A DNA stretch of 20,154 nucleotides, from positions 1-20,154 of the forward strand of contig JBMFNT010000014.1 in NCBI GenBank assembly GCA_049970015.1. Direction: 5' to 3'. The stretch's first letter is position 1, and every line of letters starts with the position of its first letter. Of the stretch, positions 1 to 8,200 are shown piece by piece. The notes below the pieces were generated by a model, which did not search any database, was not told the DNA's origin, and saw nothing but the letters and a program-made list of their open reading frames with translations. A program made the translations under genes and the position numbers. This stretch comes from Candidatus Micrarchaeia archaeon (lineage in GTDB: Archaea; Micrarchaeota; Micrarchaeia; CAILAH01).

Positions 1-111
1 CCCCTTTTTCTCTTAGAAAGAGAAAAAGGCCCTCGGGGTCAAAAAGAGAACTACATTACCAGAAACGTGTCTGGTATTGCCCCTTTTTATCTCTAAAATT
101 TGAGAAAGGCC
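1..111. repeat. Cluster of palindromic hairpins with two degenerate direct-repeat copies (REP/MITE-like or terminator), probably truncated by the window start
   Basis: Perfect 12-bp stem CCTTTTTCTCTT(3-14)/AAGAGAAAAAGG(18-29). TACCAGA(57-63)/TCTGGTA(70-76) stem. 1-31 CCCCTTTTTCTCTTAGAAAGAGAAAAAGGCC resembles 80-111 CCCCTTTTTATCTCTAAAATTTGAGAAAGGCC. Confidence 0.55.
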
Positions 112-136
112 TGAACAAATCTCCTCCCCGGCGTAA

Positions 137-1303
137 TTATTTTTTAGTTTTTAGGTATTGGCCAAGAATTTTATTGCAGGCAACAGATACTTCATTCCTC
201 ATTTTCTGTGGAACTGCTATGAATAGTATGCGTTTTCCCTCTGAAGCCTTCCTTATTGATGAAACAACATCTGAAACCTTAGAAAGCTCACTCTCCCCTC
301 TTCCACTTATGCGCACATGCACTGGTTTATAACTTCCGTGCGTGTAATGCACGATCACATCTTCTTTTGATATGTTGCAATGTGAGCATATCTCATCCTC
401 AATTTTCGATATAAAATTAGGCCTGTCCAGTAACCTCCTCATCTTATCAGAAATCTCATACCCCCTTAGTAGAATTGCTGGCTTATACAACCTCCTGTTA
501 AGGATTGCATCTATAATACTCCTTGCCTTCTCTGACTGACGCATACGCATGATACACTCATAATCTGCCATCCTGGAGAACTCATCTATTGTAAACGCAC
601 CATCTTCATATGCGAGATCAATTGCCTTACGCAGCATTGCTGATGCTATGCTTACCGTCTTATGCTGATATACTGTTGAAAACATGAGAAACCTGGAAAC
701 CACAAGCGCCTCTGCCGCCTCAATACCTTTTGAATCAATAACGAGCCTTCCGTCCTTAACACTTATCGTACTAAGTAACCGCTCATAATCTATTTTCCCG
801 TGTACCGTACCTGCATAATACGAATCACGCATAAGGTAATCTATTCTATCAATGCCAAGAGCACCAGTTATGAGAGTGCCTTTACCCATGCCATTTATAT
901 AATTGCACACGCGCCGAGGCGAACATCCTGCATCGGAAAGTATGTCAGCAATCTCAGTCTTTGAAACAATCTCCACTGATAACCTCTCATGTGAAAGGTT
1001 ATGTGCCATAAGAAGTGGTTCGCTTTCGTGAGAAAATGGTCCATGGCCAATATCATGCAGCAGTGCCGCAAGCACAACCTCTTCATCCCTCTCTGAACCT
1101 AGAAGCTCAAAGTATCTATTAGCAAGAAAAAGAACACCTAGCGAATGCTCAAACCTTGTATGGTTTGCACCTGGATAAACAAGATATGCCATTGCAAGCT
1201 GCTTAACATATCGAAGCCTTTGAAAGTAAGGGCTGTTAACCACTGAATTTTCGCAATCATTCAGTCTTATGTAATTGTAAAGCGCATCCTTAACCTGCTT
1301 CAT
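137..1303 (-). CDS. HD-domain phosphohydrolase (COG1078 / SAMHD1-like dNTP triphosphohydrolase family)
   Basis: Motifs FQRLRYVKQL, YPGANHTRFEHSLGV, ALLHDIGHGPFSH, DRIDYLMRD, VYQHKT. The ORF track starts at 1342, but ATG 1303 (MKQVKD) preceded by AGGTG is the likelier start. Confidence 0.9.
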   Translation of the reverse strand: MKQVKDALYNYIRLNDCENSVVNSPYFQRLRYVKQLAMAYLVYPGANHTRFEHSLGVLFLANRYFELLGSERDEEVVLAALLHDIGHGPFSHESEPLLMAHNLSHERLSVEIVSKTEIADILSDAGCSPRRVCNYINGMGKGTLITGALGIDRIDYLMRDSYYAGTVHGKIDYERLLSTISVKDGRLVIDSKGIEAAEALVVSRFLMFSTVYQHKTVSIASAMLRKAIDLAYEDGAFTIDEFSRMADYECIMRMRQSEKARSIIDAILNRRLYKPAILLRGYEISDKMRRLLDRPNFISKIEDEICSHCNISKEDVIVHYTHGSYKPVHVRISGRGESELSKVSDVVSSIRKASEGKRILFIAVPQKMRNEVSVACNKILGQYLKTKK

Positions 1304-1356
1304 ACCACTACACCTATCATACTTCGTATTGCTGCACACCATTTACCTGTTTCATA

Positions 1357-1571
1357 TCATTACACCAACTCATACTTACTAATTGCTGGCCATTCATGCA
1401 GCTCATACCACTTATGTCATGTCTCCCAGTTTCTGGCCATTCTTAAACAATCTCATAACACCAACTCATACATACTAATTGCTGGCCATTCATGCAGCTC
1501 ATACCACTTATGTCATGTCTCCCAGTTTCTGGCCATTCTTAAACAATCTCATAACACCAACTCATACTTAC
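1357..1571. repeat. 96-bp tandem repeat (~2.2 copies), with degenerate ~50-bp subunits extending to ~1290
   Basis: ACACCAACTCATAC recurs at 1362, 1458 and 1554 (period 96). Copies 1362-1457 and 1458-1553 differ only at 1376/1472. The partial third copy is the 3' end of the 1549..2403 gene. Confidence 0.95.
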
Positions 1572-2403
1572 CTCTGGACTTCTCGATAAGTTCCCCGTTC
1601 TCAAGCATGAAGCATATTATACCTTTGCAGACATCTTCACTCAACCCTGTGCCTTTTGAGATTTCTTGCAATGATAAAGATTTCTTACCGGCAAACACAG
1701 TATTTATCTTGTCATACGCCTCTTTATACATCTTCTTTGAAAAAACATAATAGCGCGAATCATAGCCACGCATTCCTATGTAAACCCCTTTCTTTATATA
1801 ATCACTAAGCCTGTCTGAAAGAAGTTTTGCCTGCTCATCTTTCGGAACCATCACAAACCCATCTTTCTTAAGCACGGATAAGAACTCCTGCAGAACATCT
1901 TCCACTGCACCTTCCTGTGATGCTTGCACTTCCTCTTTTGCCAGATCATGTTCCACAGAATGGCTTTGTAGTTGTGAATATACCTTATTGTTGATTGCAT
2001 AAACCATATCACCCGTCTGCGCACTCTTGTAAAGTCTTATCACCCCCTTATCAATCAATGATTTAAGCAAGCCATGCTCATCTTCAGATAGTAATGCAAG
2101 GACCTTGTCTGGAGTTCTATCGGAAAACTTCACCTTTGATATCTTAGATAGAAACCTGTGCTCATCATCACTCAGCTTAAACTCCTGCAAAGGAGTTGTT
2201 TGTGCAGAGCTTGGGCTTTCAATCCCCTTGCGAATAGCATCACGCAAGTGCTCCTTGAAGCTTGATTTTCTAAGTATCCCAAGAAGGCCATTCTCAATAG
2301 TAATCACATACACCTCTTCACCCTCACTGAACCCGGCATTCCTAAGCTGCCGTTTATTAACGATTATTGCACAATGCTCACTATCATAATCAACTATTTT
2401 CAT
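1549..2403 (-). CDS. Hypothetical DNA-binding protein with AbrB/MazE-like N-terminus and winged-helix-like segments
   Basis: 284-aa ORF. N-terminal IIVNKRQLRNAGFSEGEEVYVITIENGLLGILRK fits the AbrB swapped-hairpin pattern. C-terminal LSLQEISKGTGLSEDVCKGIICFMLENGELIEKSRGKYEL fits a wHTH. ATGA overlap with the upstream gene at 2400-2403. Confidence 0.6.
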   Translation of the reverse strand: MKIVDYDSEHCAIIVNKRQLRNAGFSEGEEVYVITIENGLLGILRKSSFKEHLRDAIRKGIESPSSAQTTPLQEFKLSDDEHRFLSKISKVKFSDRTPDKVLALLSEDEHGLLKSLIDKGVIRLYKSAQTGDMVYAINNKVYSQLQSHSVEHDLAKEEVQASQEGAVEDVLQEFLSVLKKDGFVMVPKDEQAKLLSDRLSDYIKKGVYIGMRGYDSRYYVFSKKMYKEAYDKINTVFAGKKSLSLQEISKGTGLSEDVCKGIICFMLENGELIEKSRGKYELVL

Positions 2404-2996
2404 AACTCTATCACTTCACTACCGGCTGCAGTCTGCAGAAATACCCTTGAACTAAACATGTGGTACCTTGCGCCTTTTCCGCTAGGCAAGTTACATTTTG
2501 AGTTCAGCCGTTCTATCGCGCTGTTAAAGCTGTTTATCTTCTCATTAACTATTTCTCTTGGGAGAAGCACGCCTGCAAGAATGTCAGTCTCAACATAAAA
2601 CCCGTGAGTTCCTGGTTTATACATTTTGCTTGCGCTCTCAAAATTGTTGGTGATTTCCCATATATTGTCAATCAATGTAATCTCTATCGAGATCGAATTA
2701 ACATCGTTTATTATGATCCTTTCATACCGTGGGTCATCCTTGACCGCGCTTATGGCACAATCTATAGCGCTCTGGTACAGTGGCCTGTCCGTATCCAAAA
2801 GACCCATACTGCCCCGTACATTACCCTTACCATCCCTATAAGTGACAAAGACACCGCATTTACCAGCCAGCATGTTGCCTGCAGATGGATATGTTACGAG
2901 ATGGCTTGCAAAATAGTGCACAAGCGATTTGCGGATGGATTCAAACAGAGGGAACATATCCTTTGCAGAAACGCGCTCTACAAACTTCCTGTCCAT
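2400..2996 (-). CDS. AMMECR1-domain protein (TIGR00296-like)
   Basis: GVFVTY..VRGSMG, AISAVKDDPRY, IEITLI, PGTHGF, GVLLP motifs match AMMECR1. ATG 2996 (MDRKF) is preferred over the TTG start at 3014, with an AT-rich TATA-like box ~25 nt upstream. Confidence 0.85.
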   Translation of the reverse strand: MDRKFVERVSAKDMFPLFESIRKSLVHYFASHLVTYPSAGNMLAGKCGVFVTYRDGKGNVRGSMGLLDTDRPLYQSAIDCAISAVKDDPRYERIIINDVNSISIEITLIDNIWEITNNFESASKMYKPGTHGFYVETDILAGVLLPREIVNEKINSFNSAIERLNSKCNLPSGKGARYHMFSSRVFLQTAAGSEVIEL

Positions 2997-3050
2997 ACAG
3001 CTTGAATTTGGCAAAGAAGTAATATTAAATTATTCGACCCGCACACCTAT

Positions 3051-3209
3051 TCAGCCAAGTATCATCCTGAGTAATGAAATTGCTATTATTATGACCACGG
3101 CTATAACAAGGAAATGCTTTGGGTCAATCTGTACCTTGCTCGCCTTAACATCCATGAAACGCATTATGCCTGCGCTTGATGCTGGTGTTGATATGTTGAA
3201 TTTTCCCAT
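3051..3209 (-). CDS. secG: Preprotein translocase subunit Sec61-beta (archaeal SecG), 52 aa, not in the ORF track
   Basis: Manual translation: MGKFNISTPASSAGIMRFMDVKASKVQIDPKHFLVIAVVIIIAISLLRMILG*. The SAG(L/I)MRF..D...I.P motif plus one C-terminal TM helix is the Sec61-beta signature. Confidence 0.9.
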   Translation of the reverse strand: MGKFNISTPASSAGIMRFMDVKASKVQIDPKHFLVIAVVIIIAISLLRMILG

Positions 3210-3247
3210 AAACAACCACACAATATTAAATATGAAAAATATTAAAG

Positions 3248-5221
3248 TTATTTGTCAATCCCCTTGCCCTTCTTAAGCTGCTTGAGTCGTTCCATACGTT
3301 CCCTGAGCTCTTTTTTAAGCTGTCCTATCTCTGTCTTCAACTCTTTCTCATTATCCTCATTATCCACTGGTGTCTCAGAGTGTGAGATTTGCTCTGCAAT
3401 CGCATCAACATGCTCTGGTGGTAATGGTTCCATGGATTGCTGGATTACCAACTGCTTGCCATGCTCTTTCATTGCATCTGTTGAAGTCCCTTGAGGACGG
3501 CCGCCCAATATGAATGTATAAACAACAAAGAATATGGCTGCTACAAGCAGTACAGCACCGATTACTAACCATAATGGAGCGGTTGTTCTGATTGCATCAG
3601 CAATTGAAATCTCACCACTAAATGCTGCAAATATTGCATCGAGCATGCTCATATCTTTTGATGGGGTGGAAGTGCCTCCAGAAACATTATCATTACTTTC
3701 CTTTATGCCATCTCTCTTATCTCCCAGTCTTCTAGTTCTCTGTAATGACTCACTAGTGGGTAACGGCTTTGCTGTTATTTTAGTATCACCAGTTATTGTA
3801 TACTTGGTTGACTTCAAGATATAGTCTCCCACATAATATGCCACAAAGGACATCCTGCCGCCATTCTGTGATACGAGTGATATTGTTGAGTTGTCCGGTC
3901 TTTCAAGGGTGATCACTGCTCCATCCACAGGATCACTCTGCGTATCGAGCACAGTCACTGTAACTGTATCACCAACATAGACTGATGGTGGGAATATGAA
4001 TTTTATTGTTTTTTCCTCTACATGTATGATTGGCTCCTCTGTATGCGACGTATTCTGTATGGTTGATTGTGATGGTGTGGATTGTGTATATGATGGTCTG
4101 CGTGTGCTAGAGCCACGGCTACTACCCTTAGAACCTCCATCACTGCTGCTTCTCTTTGCAACGGATATGGTGATTGAATCATTCAACGAGCTGTTCTGGT
4201 TGTAAACAGAGGTAACAACTGCCGTACACTCAGATGGTGAGCTGAAAACTGACCCCTGTATAGAACCGCAGGTTGTTGAGTATGTTACATTTGATGTTCC
4301 CTGGAGGTTTGAATACCTGTCAACCAGGTATGATGTGAGGATTGCATTTTGATCTGTGTAGATTGAGGTTGAGCTTGCCTGCAAATCAAGGGATACTGGT
4401 GTGCCAAAGCTTACATTGAGCTGTGATGATCCTGATTTGCCGGAGAATGTGGCCTCTATGCTATTTGCGCCATACTTTGTGGCAATAAGTGTAGGCACAT
4501 AAAATGCACCTGCACCATTAACATTCCATGATGCTGCATAAGTCACATCCTCCTCACGCATGTCATCATACCTTGCAACTGCCCTCACTGTAACCTCATC
4601 ACCAGCAACTACACTGTTATCGCTCAACTCAACACGCACGCTGATCACTTTTGGAGTGGTATCAAGCTGTGTGGGCTCAAGAGAAGATGTCAATGTAACC
4701 TCTTCTGCAGGTGATACTGAGACCTGAAATGATTGTATTGTGTAGTATGGTGCAAGGAATACTACTGTATATGCGCCTGGGGACACTTTTATGTCACCTG
4801 AAGGTCCAGTCAACTGCGCAACCAAAGTATCTCCGTTCTGCATAACCTTGACAATGCCATTCTGTATGTATGCAGATGCATTATCTTTTACTGATAGGTG
4901 AAGTGTTGCATGAGGCACAATGAGTAAATCCCCTATATCCTTGTTCTCAGAAGCACCGACATCAGCAGTGAAGTATCCGTTCGTATAGCCATCCTTTACA
5001 ACCCTTAAAACGAAATGGCCTGTAATATTCTGGGCTGTGAACACACCGTTGCCATCCGTCTGTGCCTGTGCGACTAACACGTTCCATGAATCATAAACAT
5101 AAACACTTGCTGAAGGTATACCTGTGCCTGTTGCCAGATTCTTAACTGTCCCTGTAAGATTGCCTGCAAAAGCAAGAGAGATAAAAAGAAACAATGAAAA
5201 AAATAATATTCTTGTGTTCAT
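3248..5221 (-). CDS. Membrane-anchored cell-surface protein with carboxypeptidase-regulatory-like and Ig-like domains
   Basis: Signal peptide (RILFFSLFLFISLAFA), GNLTGTVKN..TDGNGVF carboxypeptidase-regulatory-like unit, beta-rich Ig-like units, Ser/Thr linker, TM helix LWLVIGAVLLVAAIFFVVYTFILGG (~3501-3577) and a C-terminal coiled coil. The ORF track uses GTG 5230; ATG 5224 or 5221 after AGGTGA is more likely. Confidence 0.8.
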   Translation of the reverse strand: MNTRILFFSLFLFISLAFAGNLTGTVKNLATGTGIPSASVYVYDSWNVLVAQAQTDGNGVFTAQNITGHFVLRVVKDGYTNGYFTADVGASENKDIGDLLIVPHATLHLSVKDNASAYIQNGIVKVMQNGDTLVAQLTGPSGDIKVSPGAYTVVFLAPYYTIQSFQVSVSPAEEVTLTSSLEPTQLDTTPKVISVRVELSDNSVVAGDEVTVRAVARYDDMREEDVTYAASWNVNGAGAFYVPTLIATKYGANSIEATFSGKSGSSQLNVSFGTPVSLDLQASSTSIYTDQNAILTSYLVDRYSNLQGTSNVTYSTTCGSIQGSVFSSPSECTAVVTSVYNQNSSLNDSITISVAKRSSSDGGSKGSSRGSSTRRPSYTQSTPSQSTIQNTSHTEEPIIHVEEKTIKFIFPPSVYVGDTVTVTVLDTQSDPVDGAVITLERPDNSTISLVSQNGGRMSFVAYYVGDYILKSTKYTITGDTKITAKPLPTSESLQRTRRLGDKRDGIKESNDNVSGGTSTPSKDMSMLDAIFAAFSGEISIADAIRTTAPLWLVIGAVLLVAAIFFVVYTFILGGRPQGTSTDAMKEHGKQLVIQQSMEPLPPEHVDAIAEQISHSETPVDNEDNEKELKTEIGQLKKELRERMERLKQLKKGKGIDK

Positions 5222-5226
5222 CATAA

Positions 5227-8200
5227 TCACCTGTACAGTACAACATTCTTCTGCACTTCGCTCACTGGAGGTACATATATTGTGTAGAGTGCCCTGTAGT
5301 AGTCAGGATGTGTTGTCTCAACAACATATACCCCTGAGGCTATTATGAACTCATAACTGCCATCCGCTTGTGATTGCACGGTTGCAATAAGCTGCCCATT
5401 CCTGTATGCCTTGAGCGTTGCACCTGCAACCGGGCTTCCAGTCTCGTTAGATACAGTGCCATATAACCTAGAAAGCTTTGTCAGTACATAATCCTTTGTT
5501 GTTGTCTGCCCGGCACTGACAACCACGCCATATTCCCTAGCACTCAAGTACCCAGAATATGAAACCACTATATCATATCTATCAGCAGGCACATTGATTG
5601 AGTACTGGCCATTCTGGTTTGTTGTCGTTTCAAACAGCTTCTGATTGTTCTTGTAGAGCTCAACCACTGCTCCGCTCAATGGTACTCCTGAGGCATTCGT
5701 TATAGTGCCGGCCAAAGCACCCGATTGTGCAGGTGCTGATACTGTAACCTGTGTTGAGTTTGTAAGCTGGCCTGCCACTGCATTCACTGTAAACGTGCCG
5801 ACATTCTGTGAGCTGAAACTGACTGTGGCATGACCGTTTGAATCCGTAGTGTTTGAAGTGGGGTTTAATACGCCTCCACTGCTGGTAAACCAAACCTGTT
5901 GTCCCTGTATTGGCCTGCCGTTTGTGTCAAGCAGTGTTGCTGTTATGATGCTATTCTCACCCGTAAGCACATTGGATGGGTTTGCCGACACAAGAAGCGT
6001 TGCCGCCTGCTGACCCTGTTGAGTTATGTTGAACTGTCTTTGGGTAGAGTTTGAGTTGAGCTCGCTGTATGCAGTGCCAACAACGGTTATGACACCGGAG
6101 TATAACGCTGGATCTATAGTATAACTGCATACGTTTCCATTACATTCAACCGCATTATTACCGTTTATGCTTATCACAATCTTATTTATTCCAGTGGCAT
6201 CATCTGCACTAACATTCACTACAAACGGTGAAGACTGTTCACTCCCATTTGCAGGTGTTGGTGGAATGAACTCCACTATAGGTGGAATGTTATCTATAAA
6301 GAGGTTTCTTGACACTGTTGATGTAAGGCCTCCCTTATCCCTTGCAACTGCCTCAACAAGCACCTGCCCGTCCTGTAACTGTGCAGTGTTCACAGATGCA
6401 CTGCATGTAATGGTACTGCAGACTGCCACTTGCTGACCATTAACTATAATCTCGGTCGAATCATAGTTCGGATCGGATGCGAGTGTTTCAATCACAACAA
6501 TGCCTTTGACATATGAATCGGCTGCAGGTGTCTGACCAACAAAGTATATCAGTGGCGGGTCATTATCCTGGTCGCCCATGTTGAAGTTGAGTACTAATGA
6601 ATCTCCAGGCATTATTACTGTATCAACGGATTTTGGCTGATACCCTGTTGCAACTGCCTGTACTGTATATCCATAGTTTGGCACTGGTGCTATTTCTAGC
6701 ATATAGCCTCCATTCGCCTGTGTAAGCATGCTTGCAACCTGCGCACCATTACGAATTATGCTTACATTGGCATTCTGGATAGGAGTACCTGAGGAATCTG
6801 TTACTGAACCGCTTACATGGGCATATTTTATGAGTGAGAAATCAATTGCGTAAACTGTATTCTTATGTATCTCGTGCTCAACCGTCATGCTCGTATACCC
6901 GTTCTTGCTTGCGGTTATGTTGTAAACCCCATCAAGGCTTACATCATATATAACATACCTGCCATTTGCATCCGTAGTGTTCTGATAAGGCGTATTCTCC
7001 ACAAGCACAACTGCATTGTCAACTGGATTGTTCATTGAGTCAAGAACTGTACCTGTTATTGTTGCGTTTGGAACAACTACCATAAACGATGTTGTGTCAG
7101 ATATGGATGTGCCAGACACTGTCATCTTAACAATGACTGTGCCCTCACTATTCCCAGTAAGTACATATAATGGTGCAATGCCGTTTGCATCAGTAGGATC
7201 AAACCTGTCAATCGTTGCATCACCAGAAAGAATCTCAAAGTCAACCTGAACACCCTCAACTGGGTTATCATACCTGTCAGTCACATTGGCATAAAGCTGT
7301 GTTATGCTGTTTACAGGTACTACCTGTTCAGTTGCAACTGCATCAATCCTTGCTGGAGCATTTGGTATAACATTTACAGTTGCTGATTTAGTAATACCGT
7401 TGTAAGAGACATTGACAACCCCGCTTCCAACCTTAGACTGTGCAGTGAACAAACCATTGCCTGTGATCGTTCCAACATCAGTTGACCAGGTAAGTGAAGG
7501 GTTTTGTATCTGGGCACCATGGACATCATAAACAACTGCGCTGAACTGTAGTGTATCTCCAGCAGGTACGTCTGCATTCATAGGTGATAATACTATGTCA
7601 TTTGCAGCACCGTTGCTGACAGTCATTTGTGCCGTGCCGTTTACACTATACCAATCAAGCTTGGGTCCAACTCTGCACATTCCTGGAAATTCACAGATTA
7701 GTGCATTTCTTACTATTGGATAGTATGCCTCTGCAGTTATTGTGCTCTGGCCTGGGAACATTGCAGTCGCAATACCAGTCTGTTGGTCGATTGTTGCAAC
7801 AACTGGGTTAGAGCTTGACCATCTAATATTTGGGTTGCTTATCCTGTTTGAATACTTATCATAAACATTTGCAACATACTGTTGGGTTTGCCCAACACTC
7901 TTTACTGTATACTGTGGGATTACTTCAACCATGTATGGATTGTCGGGCTTCACCTCAAAGTTGTACTCGGCTTTGTTCTGTGCACATAAGATGGGTTTAT
8001 AAGGGAGAAGCTCTATGCGGCCATTGCCTGCCTTTATACCAATCTCTTCAACAAATTGTACGTCACCAGAAGCATTCGAAGTATTGGTTAACGTTGATAC
8101 TGTGCCATCAGGCATGTAATACTTAAGAGTGACCTGCACATCGCCTTTATCATTACCATATGTATCAGTTGTTTTGGCATCAATCACGATCGTTGAACCT

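Noticed and set aside
1304..1342. N-terminal extension MVCSNTKYDRCSG of the HD ORF
   Set aside because: It lies in the degenerate repeat. The ATG at 1303 has an RBS and starts where family similarity begins.
1357..1571. CRISPR mini-array interpretation of the three ~23-bp repeats
   Set aside because: The intervening 73-bp segments are identical and too long for spacers, and one repeat copy is the coding end of a gene. It is a tandem duplication.
2929..3276. 115-aa plus-strand ORF
   Set aside because: Antisense shadow of Sec61-beta and AMMECR1, with no recognisable motifs.
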